From a virus, in the IMG/VR virus record IMGVR_UViG_3300005337_000001, positions 64,001 through 128,000 of that record: 64,000 nucleotides of DNA. One strand, 5' to 3'. The position numbers and the translations under genes are program-made. Numbering within the stretch: the first letter of the stretch is position 1; each line of letters opens with the position of its first letter. Positions 18,339 through 26,486 of the stretch are shown here, piece by piece. Below the pieces are notes generated by a model, which was not told where the DNA came from, ran no database searches, and worked only from the letters and a program-made list of their open reading frames with translations.

Positions 18339-18607
18339 TAAATCACCGTGTCCGTCTTGATGAGGAAGTCCTTCACGCTGCGCGGCGGCGGGGTGCCGGC
18401 GTAGGGCTCGCCCTGACTGATGGCAAAGGCGGTGGCCTTCACCATGATAGAGAGCAAGTCTTCCGGTACGATTTTGTCGCGCAGCATGAAGCGGTAGATG
18501 CGCCCATTCTTGCGCAGAGAAATCGGCACTTCGATGCGCTCGCCGAGCGCGCAGCCCGGCGGGATGCGGAGCTCGGTCACGTCTTGGAACAGCAGAGACT
18601 TGGCCAT
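18338..18607 (-). CDS. Hypothetical protein
   Basis: 89 aa, coupled at both ends (TGATG/TAATG). Confidence 0.6.
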   Translation of the reverse strand: MAKSLLFQDVTELRIPPGCALGERIEVPISLRKNGRIYRFMLRDKIVPEDLLSIMVKATAFAISQGEPYAGTPPPRSVKDFLIKTDTVI

Positions 18608-21600
18608 CAGGGTGTCTTTTCGGGGTCTGTCTTGCCGGTGTTGCCGGCGATCTCGGCGAGCTTGGCGCGCGCGGCCTCGTTGGACTTGACCATGGCTTCC
18701 AAATATCGGTTGCTCTCGCCGATCTTGTCGATGATCTTTTCCTCGGGGGACTGGTTGCTTTTCGCCTGCTCCTCGAGCTTCTTCTTTGTCTCGTCGGTAG
18801 CACCAGCCATGGCCCGCGACAGGATGGCGCCGCCCTGAATACCGCCGCCCTTCTTGCTGGCTGCTGCGATGGATTCTTCGAGGCTCTTGACGAAGTTCTC
18901 GTCGCCGCCCACGCCGAGTCGTGCGGCCAGAGCTGCGGCAGCGCCGGCAGCGTCCTTGCCCTTGAGGCCCTTGAGCTCGTCGGCCCCGAACTGCAGGCCC
19001 AGCTGCGACGCAATAGCTCCCGCCGCACCCATCTTTCGCTTCGAGCCCTCGATGGCCTGGCCGCGCATGATCATCTCAGATGCCTGACCTCCGACCTCCG
19101 TACCGGCCATCTGCGAGCCAAGCGCGCGCAAGCTCTTCACGTCCATGCCGGACATCTGGTTGTACAGGTCTCCGCCCTTAGCGGTCATCTTCTCGTAGAT
19201 CGCCGCCTTCTCTTCCGGCGTCGACGCCTTGCTCATCTCCATGCCCAACGACTGCACTTCGAGCGCCATCTGCGCTGCCTGTACCGCACCCTGGCCGCCC
19301 TGCTTGGCCAGTTTCATCTTGGCGTCGTCAGTGAGCATGAGCGTGTCGACGACGGTGCCGCCGGCGCCACGACCGTCGCTGCCTGTGCGCACGCCCACGA
19401 GCTTGGCGATGCCGCCAGCACGCAGCGCCTGCATTTCTTGACGCGCGCTCTTACCAACCTGGCTTGCCAGCTGGTTGATGATCTCTTTGCGCTGCTCAGA
19501 AGCTGCGCCTTGCACCCCCTGCGCCTGGGCCAAGATGCTCTCCTTGGTGACAGCGTCGGGGTCGCCGCCCATCTCAGACACGGTCTTCTTGCGACGAGCG
19601 ATGAGCTTGCCCCAGTCCGCGTTCGACATCTTGTCGACGCCACCCTTGGCGTTGGCGGTCTTCATGAGGTCGGCAGTCAGTCGTACCGACTCGAGCGCGC
19701 CGAGTCGGCCCTGCTCATCCTCGCTCAGCTTGTCGATACCACCACGCTCGGCGCCGGCGCCACGGATGTTCGAGATAGCGCTGAGCAGGCTTTCTTCAGA
19801 ACCAGCGGCGCCCGAGAGCGCGTCGAACGCAACGCGGCGCATCTCAGGGTCGTCGAGCGCAGCGCCGGCGGCACGGGCGCGCTTGGCGTTGCCGTTCCAC
19901 TCTTCGAGCATTTGGCCACCCAAACCGCCAAGCTTTTTACCCAGGAAACCACCAGCGGCCATGCCGGCTGCGCCGCCTAGAAAACCACCAGCAGCGCCGA
20001 GCGCGCTGCCGATCGCACCGGAAGCGCGGGCCATCCCGCTCTTACCAAGGCCGAGCATCGAACGACCCATCACCTCTTGGCGTTGAGCTTCCGTACGCAA
20101 GCTGCCGCCGCCCACCATGTCCGACAGACCAGGGACCTGGAAGGTCTCGCTCAAACGTCCGGACTTGATACCAATCTCGCCTTCCATCTGCTGCATGAAC
20201 TCGGCCTGCTCACGCTGGTCCATGCCGCGGAACTTCTTCCCCATCGCCGTGTCTTTGCCAAAGTGGCGCTTGAATGCAGCCATGCGGTCCTCGCCGCCCA
20301 GACCGCTGAGCTCGTCAGCGTACGCGCGCTTGAGCTCGAGCGAGTTGCCCTTCACCAAGCCGGCCATCTCGTCGCTCATGCTGCCAGCGGTGCCAAGGCG
20401 TGCGGAGAACTGCAGGTCCTCCACGTGCTCTTTGTAACGAGATTGGCTGAAGTTCTCGCGGGGGCCACCCATCCCGGTCATGGCACCACCGCCCAGGTTG
20501 CGGATGAAGCCATTGCTGCCGGTCAGGCTGCCGCGCGCTGCCGCGCCTTCACGCCCGCCCATCATAGCCACGCGGTGCGCCTCGCGCACACCGGTGATGA
20601 TGTGCTCCTCGTAGGTACCGGCGATGCGGTTGCCCCACTCAGAAATCTTGTCGGTGGCCACGTTCAAGATGTCCTGCCCGGCCTTGTTCATCTCGTTGTT
20701 GACCTTGTCGCGCGCAGCCTCGAGCTTGCGCTTCACACCTTCGATGCCCGAGTTCTGAGCGCGAAGACCATGCTCGCGCACCATCGAGTCGTCCTGCTGC
20801 GCCTCGCGCCGGTGCTGCATCATCTCCGGCATCTTCCGGACCATCTTCATCATCGAGTCCATCTCGTCGCGCCCCATGCCGAGCTGCCGCTGCATGAACA
20901 GCATTTCGCGGTCGCCCATCGAGTGAACGTCGATCCCCTTGCCCTGCGCCCAGCCCATCATCGCCATGGCCGGAGCCATGCCACCGAACTCTTCCATCAC
21001 AGCACCACGCAGGCGCCCTTCGTTACGGATGAAGTTGGCGCGGCCCACACCAGCCAGGTTCTTGTGCGCGGCGTTGCGTGTGTCGTTCACGCTCATGCCG
21101 CCCGTGAGAAAGTCGTTGACTGAGCCTTGGTTGAGCTTCCCGTCCTTGCCGGCGAGCGAAGCCAGAAGCCAGCGGCCTTTGCTGGACTTCAAAAAGCTAC
21201 CCGTCTGCATCATGTTCTGCTGCGCCATGGCAGCACGGCCTTCAGCCCCGGTTTGGCCCGTGGCTTGGAAGATGTCCTCTTCGCTCAGCGCGCCGACCTG
21301 CTGCGCGATGCCGACTTGCTCGATGGCTTTGATGCCGCCCATCGCGCCCTGTCTGCCGGTACCGCCGAACATGCGGCTGATCTGCGAGCCGGCGTTCATC
21401 ATGCCGGTGACTTCGGTCGTAGCCAGACCGCCGCTCACTGACGCAGCACGGATCGCTCCGCTCACACCAGCCTGGTTACGGAAGACGCCCGACCCTTTCA
21501 TGGAGGCCATCGTCTTTTGCGCCTCCTCGAGCGTCGTACCCATGTCCTCGGCGATGGCCTTCACCGACTTCATCATCTCGCGAAACTTCTCGGTGAACTC

Positions 21601-22209
21601 CTTGGAGTTGCGCACGCCGTCGGCGAGACCCATACGACCCATGTTCGACGCGAGACGACCGAGCTCGTTGAAGCTAGGCCCTAGCTCGGTGAGGCCACCC
21701 TCACCTGCCATGCTGCGCATGTTGCCGCCGATGGATCGAATATCACCTTCGGAGAAGCCACGACCGTGGCTAGCGCCAGGATTGAAGAACGAGTAGCCGT
21801 TGCGCATCGACTGGTTGAATTGCTGGCCCTGCTGCATGCCCTGCATGACCTGGTTGCCCATGTAGCTGATGGCGCCGATGCCAAGAGCCATACCGCCGCC
21901 TACTGCAGCACCAGTCAACGCAGCTCCACCAAACCCAGCACCTGCCCCCATCGCTCCGGCGCCGGCGCGCACGCCTATTGACATCGGGTCGAGCCCCATC
22001 ATGCCAAGGCCGAGCATTGCCGCGGGAGCGCCGATAGCACTCGACGTGTTGAGCGCGCTGGCGGCCATACCTTCGCTCTGTCCACGCGTGTTCATCCCGC
22101 CGAAGTTGTAGCCGTTCGGTTGAATCATCCCCGCGTACTGCATCTGCTGCATGTGCTGCTGGGTGAAGGACCCATTCAGCTGGGCGATTTGTGCGGAGGA
22201 AAGCGGCAT
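18607..22209 (-). CDS. Tape measure protein
   Basis: 1200 aa, helical, Ala/Gly/Met-rich with Gly-rich hydrophobic stretches, upstream of baseplate genes. Confidence 0.8.
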   Translation of the reverse strand: MPLSSAQIAQLNGSFTQQHMQQMQYAGMIQPNGYNFGGMNTRGQSEGMAASALNTSSAIGAPAAMLGLGMMGLDPMSIGVRAGAGAMGAGAGFGGAALTGAAVGGGMALGIGAISYMGNQVMQGMQQGQQFNQSMRNGYSFFNPGASHGRGFSEGDIRSIGGNMRSMAGEGGLTELGPSFNELGRLASNMGRMGLADGVRNSKEFTEKFREMMKSVKAIAEDMGTTLEEAQKTMASMKGSGVFRNQAGVSGAIRAASVSGGLATTEVTGMMNAGSQISRMFGGTGRQGAMGGIKAIEQVGIAQQVGALSEEDIFQATGQTGAEGRAAMAQQNMMQTGSFLKSSKGRWLLASLAGKDGKLNQGSVNDFLTGGMSVNDTRNAAHKNLAGVGRANFIRNEGRLRGAVMEEFGGMAPAMAMMGWAQGKGIDVHSMGDREMLFMQRQLGMGRDEMDSMMKMVRKMPEMMQHRREAQQDDSMVREHGLRAQNSGIEGVKRKLEAARDKVNNEMNKAGQDILNVATDKISEWGNRIAGTYEEHIITGVREAHRVAMMGGREGAAARGSLTGSNGFIRNLGGGAMTGMGGPRENFSQSRYKEHVEDLQFSARLGTAGSMSDEMAGLVKGNSLELKRAYADELSGLGGEDRMAAFKRHFGKDTAMGKKFRGMDQREQAEFMQQMEGEIGIKSGRLSETFQVPGLSDMVGGGSLRTEAQRQEVMGRSMLGLGKSGMARASGAIGSALGAAGGFLGGAAGMAAGGFLGKKLGGLGGQMLEEWNGNAKRARAAGAALDDPEMRRVAFDALSGAAGSEESLLSAISNIRGAGAERGGIDKLSEDEQGRLGALESVRLTADLMKTANAKGGVDKMSNADWGKLIARRKKTVSEMGGDPDAVTKESILAQAQGVQGAASEQRKEIINQLASQVGKSARQEMQALRAGGIAKLVGVRTGSDGRGAGGTVVDTLMLTDDAKMKLAKQGGQGAVQAAQMALEVQSLGMEMSKASTPEEKAAIYEKMTAKGGDLYNQMSGMDVKSLRALGSQMAGTEVGGQASEMIMRGQAIEGSKRKMGAAGAIASQLGLQFGADELKGLKGKDAAGAAAALAARLGVGGDENFVKSLEESIAAASKKGGGIQGGAILSRAMAGATDETKKKLEEQAKSNQSPEEKIIDKIGESNRYLEAMVKSNEAARAKLAEIAGNTGKTDPEKTP

Positions 22210-22241
22210 CTACTTCCCAAGATCCTAACACGTGGCACCAA

Positions 22242-22280
22242 GCAAAAAGCTCGGGGCATCGGAGATAAGAATGATGAAGG
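22242..22280 (+). promoter_or_regulatory. Class I promoter motif GCAAAA-N17-ATAAGA-N4-TGAAGG
   Basis: Intergenic, divergent from tape measure; exact spacing shared with four other sites. Confidence 0.65.
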
Positions 22281-22425
22281 CGCTGGAAGCCCTCTCTTCG
22301 GAGAACCTCCTGCGAGATTGCTCCTCCTTCTTGGGCCAGCGCCTCGGCGTGCCCTTCGGCAAGGCACGTCATCGTGTCCCCCACACCCCCACCAGCAGGA
22401 CTCGTCATCCTGTTGGTGGGGTGCC
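22276..22425 (+). ncRNA. Candidate structured ncRNA / 5' leader
   Basis: 9-bp stem 22278-86/22336-44; TCTC-TTCG-GAGA 22293-304; 8-bp stem 22346-53/22363-70 with CTTCGG; 14-bp hairpin 22387-22421. Confidence 0.55.
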
Positions 22426-22462
22426 GCTTGCTGTGAAAGTCGACCAAGCTTCAAAACTAGCC

Positions 22463-22900
22463 ATGCATCGAAACCAAACATCCATCATCTTCACGCCGGA
22501 CCAGCTGCTACGAGCCGTCAAAGGCTGGTGCTGGGACTGCGGCGAGAGAGTGCCTGACTACATCGTGCAGAAAGAGGTTTGGAATGCAGCCTGGCCCGGC
22601 GACGATCGAATGGGTACTAAACGTCTCAAGCGTCTGAAGCAAGCAGCGACCAGGGTCTTTCCTGAACGCGCTCGCTCCATCGACAGCAACCTCGTGCACG
22701 TTCACGTCCACCTGTGCTTCCCCTGCTTGGAGAAGAGGCTGGGCAGGAAACTAGTCATCACCGACTTCACCACCAAGACCAGAGCGGGGAAGATCGTCAA
22801 GGAGAACGCTGGGATCTTCCTCGGCTTCATGTTGGGGCAGAAGGTAGAGCGTGCGAAAAAAGGCGAGGAAACCGGGGATAAGAAAGATGAAGGAGGATAG
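22463..22900 (+). CDS. Hypothetical Zn-binding phage protein
   Basis: CWDC...Y.V...VW..A...LCFPCLEKRLGRKLVITDF pattern seen in small phage proteins; start uncertain. Confidence 0.55.
   Translation: MHRNQTSIIFTPDQLLRAVKGWCWDCGERVPDYIVQKEVWNAAWPGDDRMGTKRLKRLKQAATRVFPERARSIDSNLVHVHVHLCFPCLEKRLGRKLVITDFTTKTRAGKIVKENAGIFLGFMLGQKVERAKKGEETGDKKDEGG
22855..22893 (+). promoter_or_regulatory. Class I promoter motif GAAAAA-N17-ATAAGA-N4-TGAAGG
   Basis: Same spacing; followed by AAGGAGG SD and ATG 22903. Confidence 0.55.
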
Positions 22901-22931
22901 CAATGTCCCAACAATCAGGTGAGCTGGCGCC

Positions 22932-23045
22932 GTGCTGAGCGTAGCCAGCCTCATCGCCGCCGAGTGGTTAGTTGAATTCGCCATCGGCTGGCACAACGGT
23001 TTCATGCGGAAGTACCGCCAAGCGCAAAAGGAAGGACGACTCTGA
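22932..23045 (+). CDS. 37-aa hydrophobic small protein
   Basis: GTG start, MLSVASLIAAEWLVEFAIGWHNGFMRKYRQAQKEGRL, TGATG coupling to next gene. Confidence 0.4.
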   Translation: MLSVASLIAAEWLVEFAIGWHNGFMRKYRQAQKEGRL

Positions 23046-23365
23046 TGCTGACCCCCGTACGTGAGATGGCTGAGCCGGAGCGTCGCCGCCACCAACAGAA
23101 CCTAGGCCTGGTCATTGTGACCCGGCGTTCCGATCCACCACTAACCGAGAAGAGAAAAAGAATGGACGAGACGGCACGACCCCAAACCCCTCGCGCTGGC
23201 ATGAGCCGCGCTGCCCAGACCCTCGAGCGAATGACGGAGACGCCGACCTTCAAAGAGGTCGCGCTCCACGAGCTCCAGCGCGCGTCGGTCTACGTGCCGA
23301 TGCTGTTTTCAGCAGGAATTGGGCTGCTTTGGCTCAACAAGCGCTTCTTCCTGAAGGTCATCTGA
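23045..23365 (+). CDS. Hypothetical protein with C-terminal TM segment
   Basis: AAGGAAGGA SD; VYVPMLFSAGIGLLWL. Confidence 0.55.
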   Translation: MLTPVREMAEPERRRHQQNLGLVIVTRRSDPPLTEKRKRMDETARPQTPRAGMSRAAQTLERMTETPTFKEVALHELQRASVYVPMLFSAGIGLLWLNKRFFLKVI

Positions 23366-23387
23366 CCGACGCCAGGCAGAGGCGGAG

Positions 23388-23420
23388 AAGGCACAAGACC
23401 AATCGGTCACGTGCCTTTTC
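23388..23420 (+). terminator. Rho-independent terminator
   Basis: AAGGCAC-AA-GACC-AATC-GGTC-AC-GTGCCTT-TTC after the stop at 23365. Confidence 0.5.
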
Positions 23421-23559
23421 GTAGCCCTGTGGCGGACATGTGGCGCCTCAATTGTGGTGATGAGCTGCCCACACCCCAAGATGAATTCCCTTGAACTTCG
23501 CTGAGAATTCCCCAAACTACGGACCAGGCAATCAAGCCTATCCGAAATGCAGGTGCACC

Positions 23560-23853
23560 ATGGCCAAGCAGACCTTCTTCCAGATGGGTATGAACCCGCT
23601 CGGAAATGCCGAGGTGATGCTGGACGTGTGCCGTAAAGAGTATGAGAAAGCTGGTCGCGCTGCGGATGTCGAGGAGCTCAAGAGCATCTCGGTCCGTAAC
23701 GCAGACGGCGCTCGTCTCGCGCTGCTCACCGTCTGGCACCTCCCGGAAGACATTCACGTCACCGACATCAAGCGCTACACCGTCGTAGCAATGCGCTTGG
23801 CGGTACGTGCGACCGATCGCCAGCGTGGTTCGCAGCTTCAGCTAGCCAGCTGA
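23560..23853 (+). CDS. Hypothetical protein
   Basis: MAKQTFFQMG..., AGGTG SD. Confidence 0.55.
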   Translation: MAKQTFFQMGMNPLGNAEVMLDVCRKEYEKAGRAADVEELKSISVRNADGARLALLTVWHLPEDIHVTDIKRYTVVAMRLAVRATDRQRGSQLQLAS

Positions 23854-23861
23854 CAGCAGCT

Positions 23862-23920
23862 GCAAAACACCTCCTTCGCACGGAATAAGAGAAGTGAAGG
23901 CACAGACGTGGGGTCTGTGC
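23862..23920 (+). promoter_or_regulatory. Class I promoter motif plus 5' hairpin
   Basis: GCAAAA-N17-ATAAGA-GAAG-TGAAGG; perfect hairpin GCACAGAC/GTCTGTGC 23900-23920; AAGGAGG SD. Confidence 0.65.
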
Positions 23921-23934
23921 GAAGGAGGTTCCAC

Positions 23935-24546
23935 ATGTTGCTGTTCGAAGTACACGAAAGCGTGCGCCCAGGTTTCAACTTAGTCTTGGACGATGGTGAA
24001 GCAGGCGTGCCAATGGGCTACGACGACAAGGTCGGCGGTAAAACTTGGTTGCCGCTCGGCAACTCCGTCGAGCGGTGGCTGACTCATCCCGAAGATCAAC
24101 GGGAAGAGTTCAAGCTGCTGCACGCGCATCTCGAAGAGAAGAACATCGGCTTCTGCCTGACGGGGCAGACCGCCGAAGAAGCAGCGCTAGAAAAAAGAGC
24201 GCTGGTGTTGATCGACGGCTGTACCGATCCCGAGGTAGGCGTCACCATCATCGCAGAGGCTTTCGGAAAGACCATGCCGGAGCTGGTGACGCACACACAC
24301 GGCGATGGACATTCGAGGCAGCTCTACATCTTCAATCACGGCGACGCGCTGTTCATCAGCTGGTCTGCTGCGTCGTTGGAGGCGAGCCGCCCCAAACGTT
24401 TCATCGTTACCTGGGACGCGGAGAAGAAGCAGTTGTTGGAGACGTCCGTTGGCCGCCCGCGCCGGAACTCGAGGCCGACGAAGAAGCAGGAGAAGAAGCG
24501 CCAACAGCAGGCACCTGCGGTGGGTCAGGAGTTACGACCGGAATGA
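23935..24546 (+). CDS. Hypothetical protein
   Basis: Strong SD AAGGAGGT; 203 aa. Confidence 0.65.
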   Translation: MLLFEVHESVRPGFNLVLDDGEAGVPMGYDDKVGGKTWLPLGNSVERWLTHPEDQREEFKLLHAHLEEKNIGFCLTGQTAEEAALEKRALVLIDGCTDPEVGVTIIAEAFGKTMPELVTHTHGDGHSRQLYIFNHGDALFISWSAASLEASRPKRFIVTWDAEKKQLLETSVGRPRRNSRPTKKQEKKRQQQAPAVGQELRPE

Positions 24547-24820
24547 CAGGCGGGTCGGTGGACGAGGGCTTTCCCTTGTCTGCCGATTCCTCTTTTTTCT
24601 TAGCCCTGGGCGCGCGTGGCTTGGTGAAGTCCTTGGCGATCGACTTCAGCAGACTGGTCACGGTCTTGGTACACCCGTCACACAGGCAGCCGTACTTGGC
24701 TTCGAACTTTTCGCCTGCGAGCTCGGCCACCAACTCGAGCTTCACCTCGACTGCTTTGTCGGTATACCAAACGCGCGTACAGCGCTCACACGCGTTCTGA
24801 ACTACTGTCTTGCTCGGCAT
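24407..24820 (-). CDS. Hypothetical Zn-binding protein
   Basis: CERC...CLCDGC; low-complexity tail. Confidence 0.5.
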   Translation of the reverse strand: MPSKTVVQNACERCTRVWYTDKAVEVKLELVAELAGEKFEAKYGCLCDGCTKTVTSLLKSIAKDFTKPRAPRAKKKEESADKGKPSSTDPPVIPVVTPDPPQVPAVGASSPASSSASSSGAGGQRTSPTTASSPRPR

Positions 24821-25049
24821 CGTGCTTCTCCGGATGGGTTTTCCACCAAAGGTAGGTCTTGAGAATCGCCTTCTCAGACTTGCTGAGTGGTTCATCGTTC
24901 TTGAGCTCCCGCTGGAAGTACTCGCCGAAGGCTGCGATGTCGGCGTCGACTACGGCTGCGATGAAGTCACCTTCCGTCGTAGTGAAAGAGCGATGGGCGT
25001 CGTCCTCTAAGTAAACGACGACTTTGTAATTCTCAGGTGTACCAGCCAT
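24786..25049 (-). CDS. Hypothetical protein
   Basis: 87 aa, natural composition. Confidence 0.6.
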   Translation of the reverse strand: MAGTPENYKVVVYLEDDAHRSFTTTEGDFIAAVVDADIAAFGEYFQRELKNDEPLSKSEKAILKTYLWWKTHPEKHDAEQDSSSERV

Positions 25050-25072
25050 AGACCCTGATGTACCATGCCTTC

Positions 25073-25501
25073 ATGCGTACTGTCACGGTGGACGACGCTG
25101 ATGAACTTGCCGAGCTGGACAAGCAGCTCTTCCCGAACAACTGCCTCAACGAGTTTACGTTGGCCAGGGAGATTGCCTTGGGCTCCGGCTGGTGCTTCGT
25201 CGAAGCCGGTGACATCGTCGCGTACATACTGTGCCGCGGAGACAGCTACCTCACCGACATTATGCGGCTCGGCGTGCTACCTGCGTACGAGGGGCGCGGC
25301 CTTGGTCGCTCGCTACTGCTGCGCGGCATGATGACGACGCCGCACACCATGCTCACGGTCGCCACTGACAACACCCGCGCCCTACGTCTCTACCACCACT
25401 TGGGCTTTGAGATCGTAGGGCGACTTCTCGGCGACAGCGCTTGGGTAATGGGCAAGGCCCAGCAGAACATGACCCGCTACTTCATCGGCTTGGACCGGTA
25501 G
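25073..25501 (+). CDS. GNAT acetyltransferase (RimI-like)
   Basis: IMRLGVLPAYEGRGLGRSLL (motif A), LTVATDNTRALRLYHHLGF (motif B); TACCAT 6 nt upstream of ATG 25073; alternative start 25058. Confidence 0.85.
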   Translation: MRTVTVDDADELAELDKQLFPNNCLNEFTLAREIALGSGWCFVEAGDIVAYILCRGDSYLTDIMRLGVLPAYEGRGLGRSLLLRGMMTTPHTMLTVATDNTRALRLYHHLGFEIVGRLLGDSAWVMGKAQQNMTRYFIGLDR

Positions 25502-25677
25502 GTCCTGCCGTCGGGCGACTTCAAAACGGTCGATCCGTCACGAGCCCTGGTCTCTACCGCCAGCTGGTGCCCCGGCGTGCGAATCTTTCGCATACCACCG
25601 GGGGCCGACTCGTGGATGATGACCTTGCCGCCTTCAACCCGTCGAGCTTGCCTCGAGTCCGGTACTAGTCTCGCCAT
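25477..25677 (-). CDS. Hypothetical protein
   Basis: 66 aa, AAGGA SD, end of leftward operon. Confidence 0.4.
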   Translation of the reverse strand: MARLVPDSRQARRVEGGKVIIHESAPGGMRKIRTPGHQLAVETRARDGSTVLKSPDGRTYRSKPMK

Positions 25678-26230
25678 TGCTACTGTCCTTTCCGCCGAAC
25701 ACGACGTCGTCGTCGGCTGATTCTGTTTCGCCCTCGGGCGTGATGAGTGGATCGAAGGGCTCCGTCTGCGGCGCCGCCGAAGCGTGCTTCGCCTTCAGCT
25801 CCTCGAGCTCTTCGTTCACCTGCGTCAAGTACATCTTGATGTACCCAGGCCAGTGTACTCCACCAACCGAACGGTGCTGAAGGCTCGGCGCTTCGAGAGC
25901 GCTCAGCTTGGAAATGTTGTCGACGCCACCACGCACGAGGTCGTCGAGGATCAAGGAGATGGCACCGACGCGTGAGTCGAGGTGCTGGATCGAGTTGCCG
26001 AAGCCCTGCCAATTTGCGTTGTAGGCTTCGACGAGCTCGTTATGACCTTTGACCACCAGCTGCAGCTGCTGGTTGAGCTGCTGGATGTGCGGGTTTTTGT
26101 CCCCCGCGTCCAGGTCCTGCAGCCTTTTGATGTGGGTGGCTACCTTTGCCCTTTCCTTTTCCTGCTGACGGGCTAGAGCCTTTTTGACTTGGCTGGGGCG
26201 CGGGCGGTTCCTCTGTCCATTCCTGCTCAT
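25634..26230 (-). CDS. Hypothetical coiled-coil protein
   Basis: GGAGAG SD; 198 aa. Confidence 0.6.
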   Translation of the reverse strand: MSRNGQRNRPRPSQVKKALARQQEKERAKVATHIKRLQDLDAGDKNPHIQQLNQQLQLVVKGHNELVEAYNANWQGFGNSIQHLDSRVGAISLILDDLVRGGVDNISKLSALEAPSLQHRSVGGVHWPGYIKMYLTQVNEELEELKAKHASAAPQTEPFDPLITPEGETESADDDVVFGGKDSSNGETSTGLEASSTG

Positions 26231-26486
26231 CGTTTCTCTCCGCTAGTACGTGGTTGAACTTCGACATCTCGAGCTCGCGGTTCTTCGCAAGCCTCTGAAG
26301 CTTCATCACCACGTCGATGATGACGTCTTCAGGTACGGTACTCTCATTCCGCGTAAGCTCCTCACATTCGAGGCGCCGCTGCGGGTCTTCTTCGCCCTCA
26401 GGCGGCAGCAGGTACTCGTGCGCCAATCCGATCAGCGCGAGGATTGCGGTCCGTTCGTAGGCGAGCTTTCTGTATTCGGAGTTCAT
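26040..26486 (-). CDS. Hypothetical protein
   Basis: Start MNSEYRKLAY via ATGA coupling; 3' part overlaps next gene. Confidence 0.5.
   Translation of the reverse strand: MNSEYRKLAYERTAILALIGLAHEYLLPPEGEEDPQRRLECEELTRNESTVPEDVIIDVVMKLQRLAKNRELEMSKFNHVLAERNDEQEWTEEPPAPQPSQKGSSPSAGKGKGKGSHPHQKAAGPGRGGQKPAHPAAQPAAAAGGQRS

Noticed and set aside
18339-19028. N-terminal extension of the 886-aa ORF in the track
   Set aside because: Overlaps the tape measure and 18338..18607 genes; the real start is MAVFIEL at 18338, coupled by TAATG
22290-22420. CsrB/RsmZ-like or hammerhead RNA on the minus strand (CAGGATG, GGA motifs, ATGACGA)
   Set aside because: GGA motifs fall in stems rather than loops, the hammerhead CTGANGA/GAAA core is absent, and the tetraloops favour the plus strand
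22232-22462. Protein-coding N-terminal extension of the 22463..22900 gene
   Set aside because: Sequence is better explained by RNA helices and UUCG loops; a GGAG SD before ATG 22271 means coding cannot be fully excluded
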